From Laetmonice hystrix (lineage: Eukaryota), in NCBI GenBank assembly GCA_965235115.1, contig OZ249443.1, positions 7,006,001 to 7,070,000 on the forward strand: a DNA stretch of 64,000 bases, read 5' to 3'. The notes under the pieces were generated by a model that did not search any database, was not told the DNA's origin, and saw only the letters and a program-made list of their open reading frames with translations. Shown one piece after another: positions 41,146 through 54,237 of the stretch (position 1 is the first letter of the stretch; every line of letters begins with the position of its first letter). The translations under genes were made by a program, and so were the position numbers.

Positions 41146-44100
41146 CTGCCATGGCAAGAGAAAGACAAAATGACGCACAATAAAACGGGAGAGGAATGCA
41201 GAGAGAAGGGGGCCACTGATCGAGGCAATGTTCTCCTGGCATAATACAGTACAGAGGTTCTTCACAGTGATCAGACAGACGCTTAACGGAAAATGTCACA
41301 CCCTATCAAAATAAATTACAAGCTCGTTGACTGTAGCAGATAAGGTTATATGTATGATGTATCAGTTTGTCTAGGAAATGCGTTTGCCAGGTGAGGTAGA
41401 ACTACGTGGAATGTTCAGGTCAAATACCTATAGTGAATGATATAATGAATCGACCAGTTGATCAAGTATGTACACTCAAGACAAGGTAACACAGAAATAT
41501 CTGACTTTGAAACGTTCCAAGTTGTCCTACTAGAAGTTTAATGCCGTCAAGAACTACGAGAAGAGGCATCTGAGAGGTAATGAATACTTAAGCACTTATC
41601 GCAAGTGGAAAATGGAGAGCAAAGAACGTTCGTGTAATATTTAAGAGATCACATATGCAACATATACTCACTCGCCTTGCACAAAGGAAGGAATTAAAGA
41701 AAAATGGAGCGCACCGGCAGGCTGTACCGGCAGGCTGTACCGGCAGATCCTGATTTTATGAGGTTTAAAGACAAGGTCACATACAACTAAGAGTGTGCTA
41801 GACTACAAGGACAGAGACAGAGAGGTTGAGGTGAACTGTTTGCGATGTTCCTGGAAGCTGTGATCCACGAAACATCAGAAAACAATCGTATAGAAAAGGG
41901 GAGCAGAATAAGGGCACGTTTTAAAAACATGGCGAAGTCAATAAACAACGCTTCGCGAATGAAGTACTTTACCAACGGTACAAACATTTTTATGGAACCC
42001 AGGGGCAAGTCCAAAGTTTGAGCAAACGTATTTGATGGTCATAAGCATAGCTTTAATTCCCCTATCCATTTTATAAGCAGTAATTAGAACCTACGTTTTT
42101 AAATTTTCACGACAAATCATGGAGTTTCTGGCAGAAAGACAGCCATGTATTAGTAACACCTAGGATAATCTATTTATGCTAAGTAAGTATTTAAAATCTA
42201 TCATATAAATATACTTCTAAAATATCCACATAACCCCGTTACCCTAGCACTCATGTCTGAATTGCCGCCCTGTGTATGTATGTGTTTTGTATGTACTTAA
42301 CCATGGCACTGGTCCCTTCCAACCTCTGCCGCCTCCCGTTGGCAATGGCCGGGAGGAGGTGGCACCTCACAGTGCCTAGCGTTCCTCACCAGTGCCAGGT
42401 GAGATATAGCCCAACTCCTATAAATCATTCATTCCAAGTGCTGTTTTAGCGTCGACGGTCTGTGTATCTGTGTGAATGCCGATAAGGAGCTGATCATTTT
42501 TCTCTTTGTTACACTATAACGTGCGGGACGCCATAGGAACAGCCATCTGGCCAACTGAATCAACTCGGCCCGGGCGTCGCGCCAATAGTGCTCCCCAACT
42601 TTTCAATTGCTCCACCTTCATCACATCCATTGCCAAGATCCTTTTTATCCCGGAAAACTGGCGTATCATGGCAGTTGGCAACCCACCGTAGGCTGATCCT
42701 GGTAGGTTGCCACTGAATTAGCCGGCTCTAGCGTTTCCTTCGAACGGATCAACTGTAATAACAGAACGCAAGCCAGCAGTTGAATATCCGCTGAGCCCTG
42801 AATAGAATCATAACTTTTACTTTTCTCTCCGTGCAAATATAACAGTCCCTGCAATCAATATCACTGCTTACTAAATCACATGCAGAATGCCCTGGAGCAA
42901 ATTTTGATTTTACTACTCAATTTACATTGGACACCCCCCCCCCCTCAACTATTAATTCAAATCAGGATATGAAATTACCTGTCCAGACAGGTAAAGAAAA
43001 GCTGCAAGGGGAAAAACGGTTAACGGAGGAAACTGTGGTTCCGAGTACGAATTCTGTGTCAACAAATTGCAGACTGCAGCCGTTATTCTGACACAGCACA
43101 TGACAGCCCAGTGTCACATGTCATCAGTTGGCCTTTCACAGCCAATGACACAAGACGCCAGGGAACAGCCTTTTTACATCCGGCGATGGCGAAGGAAGCC
43201 TCAGACTTTGTTTCTTGTGCTTCGTTTAGTTCAGCGATATTAATGATCACGTAATACGAGTACCTATAACTTCTGCCTCACCCGATGGTCTCCAACCCCC
43301 CACCGCCCAATACGGAGGACCACACGGGAATTGTAAAGAAGACTCATCTTTTCGCTTTTTTTTCTTTCTATAAACTCTAACCAGTTGTACAGGATGTTGC
43401 CTGAAATGTCTAACGCCAGTGGACCACCAGAATCAAGGAACCAGCGATTCGCTTACAATTTTGAATTTAAAGAATATAAACCAATTTGAAGCTGGCTGTA
43501 CAAGAAGGAAGTATTGGCCCGTTCTGTTTGATCACTGGCCTGTAGTTTACAGCCGAGCAGCTCGACTCCCCGCCTGGCAGCAAGGTCATCGTGGTCATTG
43601 ACAGACAGTGTTTCCACTCGCTGCTGATTAATCCCAGACGTGGCCTATCTCTGGCAGTGATACCTTCTCAACTCGCAGCCAAATCAAAACAAATGAGGCA
43701 AGGCGTATTTGCAGGAGGTTGATCTTATGAGCCAGATGTGGTCTCTGCTTAGTTATTGATTGATCCGTTCAGGAACTGCAGCTATACCTAGACCGGTACG
43801 CCGGCCGCTCTGTAATGTAAATGCCCACCCGTAGCTAGGCGTTGAAGGCCGTCCCAATTTCCAGACACATTGTTTGCGTTCATAGAAACACATGTTCACC
43901 ATGGCACGGTATAGGAGTCTTCCATTTGAAATAGCTTGTAGCTACTGGTCAGTTGGTCGAACTTTTATTCGCACTGCATACCAATTAACAATCCCTACAT
44001 GTAGATGGTCAGTACCCTTGGGATAACTGGACCGATTACTGGCCACAACAGAGAAACGAGTTCTGCAGGCGTGATACGAGTGTAAATAACGCCCTAAAAT

Positions 44101-44917
44101 TACATCCGACATCATTGAAATATTCCAACAGGATATTCAAGGGGTTCTACTCCATTTACAAACATTTTACCAAGGTTTTTGCTGCAACGGTCAGCCACTG
44201 TTTCTATACATCATTTCTCAGGTCTAATGAATGGAACACGTGATGCCGCAGGCAGGCTTACTGGTTCTACTGGGCCTTGGCTACTTTGAAAGTCTAAGGA
44301 CGTCCGGCACCACTATCTGGGACCTCGGAGCTGGCCCCAACAGAAGCACATCCTGGGGCTCTGTCAATAGCTATGCTAATATCCTGCATATATTTCCACA
44401 GGTTATCATGGCTGGTATCCCGAGTGACTGATGTAATGCCACCTTCTGGGACGGCTGGCTTTGTCTCCGCGCTAACACTGCTTCACCTTGGTAACTACCC
44501 AATCAAAGAAGAGGGTAAGGTCTGGTATAATGCCATTAATGGCGATATATATGCGGTACGGTGACAAGTTGAATGGGCCAGTCACTATAGAGTAATTCAA
44601 CAATTTCCAACCATATTATGTATGTGCTTCCACATACAGAAGCTCAAGAATCTTAACGACCGAGTAGCCAAAAGGTCGTTACAATGTTTCCGGATCACCC
44701 CAGATTTTTGCCGTTTTACCTTCTGACGGCAAGTTGCGGTTAAAGGGAACCAATTGCCTCTACAGACTATTTCTGATATAGCTAACTGCATGTTTGCAAA
44801 TTCATCTCCGACCAGATGCCAATCATGTTTGACAGAATATCGCCTTGTAGCCCGTCGTATACTTGAAACTCGGTACATCGGGGCCATGCATGGTTTCTGT
44901 AGTGGTCCCAGGGTAAG

Positions 44918-45130
44918 ACTAAATACCGAAACCCAGGGAATTTACGGAAACCGACCGAAACCTACCTAGGCATAGGCCTATACCGACATTGGCTTCCAGA
45001 TGACAATGCAGTGCATCCAGCTCAAACTGCCCACATCCTGAAAAGTAACTGCCCACTGAAACTGCCCCCAATAGTAAAAGATTGGGTTTTGGTTGGTTTC
45101 TGTCGGTTTTGGTTGGTTTCGGTGTTTAGT
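44918..45130. repeat. Imperfect inverted repeat pair (ACTAAAYACCGAAACC...AAACCGACMGAAACCWACC), MITE/foldback-like
   Basis: Arm 44918-44966 matches the reverse complement of arm 45091-45130, apart from one internal length difference. Confidence 0.7.
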
Positions 45131-48100
45131 CAAACGGGTGCTCGTGGGCAGGAATGTCAACAAGCCAGGGTAAAACGCGATCGTCTTTTACAACGTCCAA
45201 GCAAAGAATGACACGTTTGCTCGTCCAGTTTCGCTATTGTTAGAAGTAAATCGACACATACGGAGGTAGATCATTGTAATAATATGATATATTTCTGTGC
45301 AGACAGGACAGATTATCTCTGGAAAACTTGATGCAATGGATCCCTTTAACCTTCCAATCTGAGAGCTGAGATCCCTCCAAGTCACATAAGAATTCCAGTA
45401 TCCCAATAAAGTGGGAGAGAACGTTTCTTAGTGAATGTTATTGCCAGGTTGGAGAGGTGCCAAAGCGCTGAGGTAGAAGGTAGTTATAATGACAATATAA
45501 ACAAATATCGGTGCCATTTAGTGCACTATATCTCCAAAGTCCTGGTACAACCCTCCTGAGGCCTCTTGCCAAGTTGTTACTATGGTAACCAAATAAACAA
45601 TATGAAAACAAGTCTTACGAATGATTTCTGTATGTGGTATTGTATAGCGTACACTGGACTACTTGTGATCCTAACATAGACCCTAACCCATTGGTTCTGC
45701 AACTAAATTCTGATATGATCTTGCTTTGTATACCGTTTAAAAACACTCCTGCCATATATCTTCCTAGATTGCCTGAGAAGGTGGCCTGGTATAAAGGTTT
45801 TCTCTCTGACAGCAGGCAGTATACGACTGACTTAACCACGCCTGGTTAACCCTTTTAAAATCTCCAATTTGTTTCCATAGTTTATTCCTCAAGTTCCCGC
45901 GGTAAAATAGCCTTAGTGATACTTTCCAACGAGTAACCAGTCAGTAAATCTTCCTGACCTGGCCTACCGCCTGAGTAGAACGGGTGCTTCCAGCAAGCCG
46001 CCTGTTATCTCAAAGAGCCGGAGAAAATATATGTAACGAATCCACGAAATCTACAACAAGCGTCGGAGACGTAACGTTTAGACATATAAATAGGTTCAGG
46101 TATATATTGGGACACGGATTGGTTGAAAATCGTTGAGACAAGGAATCTTAGCAATCCAGTCATAATTAATGACAGGAAATAAGGAGAGTTGACGCTTTAG
46201 GCGGGAACTATGCGGTTGCTAACCATTCGGACCGAACAGAACTTTATTTGGCATCTCCGTTTATACAGACTTAGTTTGCCTCCTGTACTAAAAACACACA
46301 TCAACGTTTCAGATGTTTGTATAATTTTATTTGAACGTGGATTTCTGTACCAAATGGATATCTCTAAAGACCACGGAGTCATCGACTTTTTGATGTAACT
46401 GATATTTTTTCTTTACCATCCTACCTGAGGCTGAGTGGAGGCAGTGATAAAGTTTTCTCGGTCCAAACTTACTAAAGGAACGCCGATTCTGGTATACCCC
46501 CACTTATTGCTTTTAAAGGTCTGCAGGGCTTTACTCAAGAGGGATCACTCGACATGTGGCAACTGTTCTGTATAAATGTTTAATTTCCTCCAACCACACC
46601 AGGAAAGTCGATCACGGCTTATCTATGCCATTTCCTGAATGCAAACATTCTAGTTCTGTGTTACGTTCTCTCCTAAGTTTCTGTATTTCCCACCAAATAC
46701 TGCATGGAATGCCAGCACCTCGTATTAGTCTGTATCACTGATAACTCTTGGCACTGTGCAGGGGTCAAACCGAGCTCCGCCCCTCAGGGCGCTTCTATAT
46801 GCCAACTTCCCCTCCTCTACAAAGCACCAAAAACAGAAAAAAAGAGGAAAGGTACGAGGGCAAATAACGGCTTGGCTTCAAAACAGTTACCGGAGTCAAT
46901 TAACAAATTAACACGTTTGACAGAGTAGAACTTAAATTTCATTTCTGGCGCAACTGGTGTTAAAAGGTGTATCTTACCCAGAGCACGAGCTGCTACAATT
47001 TACAAGTATGCTAGAAGCGATCTCGGCGAAATGTACGTTAAAGGGGCGTGTGCAGCGAATGTCTGCGTGAGGTAAAAATTACGGGGGAGTGATAGGATGG
47101 GCCCTGCATGTCGGGAGATACCCTTCTCTTCGATCCACATGGATCCTATTAGGACTGTAATCTTTGGTAGGATCTCTACAGAAGGCCGTGTCTCCCCACT
47201 TCCCCCAGGCCTGCCCCCTCTCATCTCGGCCTGCACCCATCAACGCGCACAACCACACTGAAATCGGCAATGCCAGCCCGCAGTATTTCCCGAATCAATC
47301 TCTTTTTTTTTAAGTATTAGCACTAACATGCATAGGAAATCTTTGAAACAGGCTAGCTTTGATCAGGTAAGATGCCCTTTTATAGGATGTTATGAAAACG
47401 GAATTTGATCAGGCGTTATCGCGACATTCTTCTCAATGTATCAGACGTTGGGATTTGGTGTCGGTTTCAGTAATTCTTTGATCTTTCTCAATTATCAATC
47501 AGGGGCAATTCAAGGAGGAGCTTTCCTGTGGAAAACCTCTCTCAACGTCTCGACCCCAATACCTGCACGCCTCATTTGAAAGATGCCAGAGCTTTTAGCA
47601 AACTGCACGAAGGCTTCAGAGGAGACATTCCTCAAGCTTAAAATGGATGAAGAACCTACGCTGTGAAAATCTGCACCTAGAAATCCTTGGCCTGTCAAGC
47701 CTCATCAATGTTACCATGCAATCACACATTTAAAAAATAACATTCCAATTAGTTTTCATCGGACTTAAATGTGCGGACCTGATTACGGTTTCTTGATAAA
47801 TTCATCTTTATTTTCTCATTAAAGCGAGAAAACTTGCACTCAAAATTTCAAATTTATGCCATTTTCTGAAGAACTAGCCAGTTGCCACGGAAATTGAAGT
47901 GAAATATTCGTAAAAATGTCAAGCATTCCTTACTTTTTAAATACTTTCTCTGAGTTTCTTTGAGACTTTTTTAATCAAATAGCCCGACGTGAACTGCAGT
48001 GCGATGCTCCGATGGAGTCTCCGACAGATGCCAGATCAGTACCTGACTGTGGTACGGACGGGACAACGCTGTGTAACCAGTCCAGCCAGAATACTGTTCA

Positions 48101-49049
48101 ACCAATACATCTGTACATCACCATACACAGCTACAAATGGTAAATCGGCCCCGCTGTTTAAACAATACCAAGGTAGTAGGTGCCTGGGAGATCAATTACA
48201 TGTCCACCCCGCCCCCCCCCCCCCCCTCGTTTGAAGGCCACCAAGACGTGGGATCCATGCCAGAGGAAGGGGAGGGGGTTAGTATAAATACAAGTCAGGG
48301 AAACCGTCGGCGGATAAAAATATTTCAGAAGACAAAAATATCATCAAAGGCTATAGTCGTATTTCAAATTGACGGATTCGTGTGCCTTTAGAATTTACAA
48401 AACTGCTGAAAGAGAATCAGAATTCTACGCGACCATGATGAGGTCTTTCATCCTTACTTCACTTCTCGTATCCTAAATCAAAGAACCAGTCTTTCCTCAA
48501 GATGTCCTTTTAAAGGTCTTACCAGGCAGTTTAAACTCAAGTATCTCGACACATTTCGCGAAACTTTCTACCCTTGACACTAATCGGATGTAATCATAAC
48601 TACGTTAGCATTTCTGATGTAAAAAAAAAACAAAACAATTACATGTATTTTCTTTTATGCTGAGAAGTCATGAAAATCTAGACGGGAAAGAGAACTGTTT
48701 TTGAATAGCAGTGAAGAACTCTTCAGCCGTTTCAACAAGTAAAAGTCTCTATCCTCTAGCAACTTTTCAACACAGATTCTGTATCACAAAGCGATTACAA
48801 GTTGCCATTTAACTTACTAAAGTTATTGCCACAGACTGACTTTAAACCCGAACATTTCCCACTATTCCCAGCATAGACAAAAATGTGTCTCCGCTCTGTG
48901 ATCGAGAGTACACACACGTCCACTTCAACCTGAACGCTGTTACGACTCCATTTACAGGGGACGTCCGCTCTTGTTTGACTTTATTACATGGAAACGGTGG
49001 GCGTCTGTGTGCTCTTAATGGTAGAATTAACAACGCCCGTGGCATCTTT

Positions 49050-49300
49050 GTACCAATCATCAAAGTGATGAGACAAAATGCATTTACAGTACCTGTCCTA
49101 GTCTCTTCCAGAAAACGTTTCCCCCCTTCCGTGACATTTGCGATGTGAATGCATGTAACACTGATGCCGCCAATGATGGCATGTATTAAGAAATGCTCCA
49201 CTGCCGACGTCGACTCTCGTGTCTTATTAATTGCTGCCAATAACAGAAACGACATTGTTCCCCCGGTTAGGTCATCGGTACACCCACCGCGCCATGACAT
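49050..49300 (-). mobile_element. Possible Penelope-like GIY-YIG endonuclease C-terminal remnant
   Basis: ORF 48842-49300 contains G.T.DL...TSAVEH...EGGKRFLEE, loosely like G.T.R.L...SAVAEH...E...KR..LE. The GIY/YIG residues themselves are not recognisable. Confidence 0.2.
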
Positions 49301-50503
49301 GTGACAATTTCTAGGCGATGTGATTTAAGCTTTCCGGCAACTTATTACATTTCTGTTGAAAGAAAGGCAATCGGCCTCCCAATCGTTTCCCCATGCACGA
49401 GAATTTACGTTACTATTAAGATGCAATCAAATACTATCCTTTCGTTTTTCGAAAAATATCGAAATCAGCACATGACTTGAAGCAGAGTATGCCATGACGT
49501 TCCCGGGAGGACCGACTCCCCCTCCGGCCCCTCAAGTCGCCCACTCTAGAGGGTACCTCCAGATCGGTCTCCCGGCGTCTGTCAGCTCTAATTTCCTCCA
49601 GTAGGTAGTCATTTATGCGGCCTCCTATCGGTCCAACTGTCACTGCCAGGTTGGCAGCAGGCAGCACTCAATCTACACCACTGGGGCTAATGGTGATAAG
49701 ATTACACGTATAACTAGTCGACTCGCAATCCAGCCCCCTCCCCTGTCATCAATACTCTACAGGCATCTAGTTCTCGTCACGTGGATTAGAACAATTCAAT
49801 TTCATATGTTATTACGTTTGAGACGCAACGACTCATGAATAACCAGCGAAGCTAATTAGAACCATGCCTTAATCACCCATCGCATTTATGATCCTACTCT
49901 TCAATCTTATTATACACCGCGTTTATATCATCTGAACGCCCTAACACGCCGTCCCTAACGCTGCTTGATATATTTAATATTTCGAGCCCTTACAGCCCCA
50001 ACAGAACCTGTTTCTGCCAATTAACAGGTGCAAAGTAGCATGGCCAAACAAAATACCGACTGGTTAGATTGACGGGGTTTGAAACTAAGGGGCGGTGATG
50101 TTATGCTGGGGTAACGGGGGAGGTTGGTAGTGGGGTTTAGTCTACAGGTTAGATATCCCGTGGAGTGTACCAGACAGGTGAGATTCCTCTTGATCAGAGA
50201 GTGTGCACGCAGCCCGTGGATCTTCTGTCGGGATGCCATACCTGCTGTCTGACCGCTAACACCACGGCCCCAACTATACCACTCCACGCAGGATGGTGGA
50301 CGGGGTTCGAACCCAACATCTTTCCGGTTGCACCCAAGTCGTTGCATTATTAAACCGTTACCTCATCCTCACCCCCAAAAATAACACAATTTCAGATACC
50401 GATTACATCAATTTTCTGGGCTATAGTCATTTTCCAAATAGAGGATTTTTTAAAAAACATTTTTTTGAAGTGACAGATAAAAACTCAAATTTAGATAAAC
50501 CAT

Positions 50504-51189
50504 AACTATTTAATATTAATAGTAACCATCCTTGAAGATCCTTTAAACCTCAAACCTTTGCCGAACATTCTAACCAAGATAATCTGAGCACGAGTTTTTT
50601 TAAATGACATAACGTAACCTAATATTGCCTTAGATTCTTCAACTATTTAATATTAATACTAACCATCCTTGAAGATCCTTTAAACCTCAAACCTTTGCCG
50701 AACATTCTAACCAAGATAATCTGAGCGCGAGTTTTTTTAAATGACATAACGTAACCTAATATTGCCTTAGATTCTTCAACTATTTAATATTAATACTAAC
50801 CATCCTTGAAGATCCTTTAAACCTCAAACCTTTGCCGAACATTCTAACCAAGATAATCTGAGCGCGAGTTTTTTTTAAATGACATAACGTAACCTAATAT
50901 TGCCTTAGATTCTTCAACTATTTAATATTAATACTAACCATCCTTGAAGATCCTTTAAACCTCAAACCTTTGCCGAACATTCTAACCAAGATAATCTGAG
51001 CGCGAGTTTTTTTAAATGACATAACGTAACCTAATATTGCCTTAGATTCTTCAACTATTTAATATTAATACTAACCATCCTTGAAGATCCTTTAAACCTC
51101 AAACCTTTGCCGAACATTCTAACCAAGATAATCTGAGCGCGAGTTTTTTTAAATGACATAACGTAACCTAATATTGCCTTAGATTCTTC
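50504..51189. repeat. AT-rich tandem array, 137/138-bp unit, 5 near-identical copies
   Basis: Unit starts AACTATTTAATATTAAT at 50504, 50641, 50778, 50916, 51053; differences are limited to a T-run length and two substitutions in copy 1. Confidence 0.97.
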
Positions 51190-54147
51190 AATAGGTTAAT
51201 GTCTGACCTTTATCAACACTCTACCAAACACGAGTCTTCTATTTGCAATAAAAACGAAGATATTAAAAGCACCATTTTTTGGGTTACTTTCTTCTTCCTC
51301 TTTTTCTGACCCAAATATGACGAGTAAGAGATGCTGAGCCTAGCAAGAATTCTTGGCAGCCGATCTGCGATTCCCCGAGCGCCGACAGAGGAGGGACCAG
51401 GGGGCCGGTTGGACTACGGGCCTGCGACTGCGACTGTTGCCACAGCTGGTAACTGTTGATAGCTACGGGCCTGGGTCAATCCTGGCAAAATAGGAGAAAA
51501 CGCCTCTGTGTAGGCGAGCTGCTGGGACGACTTGGGTGCAACCTGACTGCAAAACTAAAGGCTTACTTACTGAGAAAACATAGTCACCGTTCACAGCTTA
51601 TATGGCGAAATCGTACGGGAAAAACACGGTCAACTTCTATAGGGTTCATGTGGAGCAGATATAATATGGACACAGCATGGCAAGCTACCACTGCGTACAT
51701 AATGGTATCTTCGTACATTATGACGGGGCCACCTTCTGATATATGTTATGGTATATGTCTGCGTGGAGATAAAGTATTGCCCACTTCCGGTTGTGTTCTG
51801 GTTCAGTTGAGGAAAAAATTGAAGCTAGCAAAACAAACTATTCAGCATTACAGCTCTATCAGGAAAGGTTGGCTGTTGCAAGGCGTAAAACACCTACCGA
51901 CCTATCAGGAAAAGTTTAGACGTTAACGACTCATTCACTGTGACGACACTCCGATCACAGTACTGGGTCACCCTGTAGTTTAAAACCCAGGGGCTGGGTG
52001 AGTAATGGGGAAACACCGACTGGATTACCCGGTAATCTCAGCTCGTTCGAACTACACTGCTGGAGTGGCCAGACACTGCCATCCAGTGAGCCAATGTTAG
52101 TCTTTTAATTATGAATGCTTTCCTAATACCAGTAATGAATACGTTTACTATTAGATTTCGTATCTAATGCCGTGCTAATATAACTACCGGGGTACGTAAT
52201 GTAATCAGTCCGGCACTGACATCACCACAGCCCTGGTACCGTCGAGGTAGGTACCCAATCAATGAGAGCATCTTTAATGATTGGATGATCGATTGGCAAG
52301 GTTCTCCCTGCCACGGCCCCTTTGTCTGCCTCTCATTGGGGCGTGCACCATCCCCCAAATCTTTACACTGATGAAATAATCAATGTCTTTAATGATTGAT
52401 TGATGAATACATCACCGAACTGGTCAGGGCAGTGGAGCGCACCTGGCTCCTACTGTTATGAGCAGCAAGCTGTGCCCGTGGCGTTGGTGTCTGTCCCCCT
52501 GCTCACCCAGCTGAGACTTCCCCCTCCCTCCCTCCCACGGCCGCTGTACCATCGACTGACCGCCGAGCGGTGCAGCCTGTGGTGGATCCCGATCCATGAA
52601 ACGGTTCCAGGCACGGGCAGTCAACATCTCCCCTCGATTGACATCAATGTAACAAAGTCTTACTTAACCAACATTACACATCCACCAGTCATGCTGCCAC
52701 GAGCCGCTGGCACCAACATCAATGTCCGAGTTCTCCCAATGTTCTTTTATTCACGACAGTTGGCAGATTGGCAATTAGTGCTCATGTCTGGCATTGCCGT
52801 TTAATCTTGTTATTCGACCCGTACAAAATGGTCCATCGTATTTGACAATAGCGCCCAGAAGGACGGAATCGATTCGTAACAGACCTATACTTACCCGACT
52901 AGGGATAAACTATGGTAGAAGAATTTACACTCCTGATCATATTATGAAACGCTCAAACCTTACCATAGAAAATTACTATTAACCACAAAGTATCACAAAT
53001 TCACTTTAAATTTATTAACACAAAGTTACATTCATTTCAAATATTTTCCTTTGAAAAGGTACAAATCCGACTGATGTAGATGTGGGCGTGCTGCTTAAGG
53101 AGACGAATTCTAGTTTTACGTATTTGTGCGCGGAGGACTTGAATGGAAGAATTGTGGCGGGGCTGCGTCTTAAGTACCTGTCATAAAAGTAATAATACGC
53201 TCCTGTTCGCATCTCGAAATATAACTGCCGCGGCTATTCTTTATCAACTTTCTTTCCCGTCCTTGAATAACGTGCTTGGAAAATCGACCTTTTTTTTTAT
53301 CTCTCAATCGTGTGATTGGGTATGCCATCGCAATATTAGTGCTGATCAGAATTAGATTTCAGATAGAAAGAAATAATATTTGTCTGCGACGAGTAAGACG
53401 GAGCATGAGACCTGGAGGGAGGAGGTAGGTATGGGGCAGTGAGCACCAAGGATATAACAAGATGATTGTGCTCGACGCCCACGTCAATGAATACTGTGTT
53501 AAGATTTCTACCCCCCCCCCTCCCTTCCTTCCCTCCAGGGACCTTACCCTTCCCTGCCTACCCACGTCTTCCTCATACCACTATCACATGGCACCCGCCA
53601 GCTGACACTCCACGCCCCCCCCCCCCCCATACACCAGACAGAATCCTACTCTGCCCAAGGGGGAAAAATCAAAGTGGTAGCAATATAGGAAACCTAGTAT
53701 GCACGTTTGCTCACGGACCTGCCCTTGGGTCCTCAAAGGTTGAGAGGACTTTTGGCCAGCAGACAAGAGATGCTGGTGTCGGGAATTGTCAGGAACTGCA
53801 CAAACAGTACGAAATTGCGTTTCGATTTAGACCTCGTGGTTCTAGAAGTGAGGATATTCTAAGAGTTCAGTTATTGTAGCAAGGCAGGCAATAGCGGTAC
53901 CAGTAAAAGTCGAGCGGTAAGGGCGACGCTTTCCAAGAGGCTCGCGGTCTCGGTTGATGGGAAATACAAGGGAGTACAAGGACTAGCAATATCTACATGA
54001 GGGAAGATGACGAGAAGGGGGAAAAGTGAGTAGCAAGTTGTTGGCAGGGCAGCTAGCTTGCCATAGTGAACAAACAGCAGTAAAGTCTGGCAGACAGGAT
54101 AGAGAGCACTCTGCTTTAACAGACAGAACTTGGATAGAGATTGACTT

Positions 54148-54180
54148 TTGATTGATTGATTGGTTGATTGATTGATTGAT
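54148..54180. repeat. (GATT)n / (AATC)n microsatellite just inside the intron after the large exon
   Basis: ttgattgattgattggttgattgattgattgat read directly. Confidence 0.92.
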
Positions 54181-54237
54181 CAAGGGTAAAAGCGATAGAG
54201 GAGGAACAGGCCGGGCAGTCACCAAGGCAATACTTAC

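Noticed and set aside
50295-50380. tRNA gene (GGTTCGAACCC B-box)
   Set aside because: No cloverleaf or intact A-box; at most a SINE head relic.
53983-54237. C-terminal 85 aa of the 418-aa track ORF
   Set aside because: Lies beyond a perfect GTAAGT donor and translates a (AATC)n microsatellite (INQSINQS); intronic read-through.
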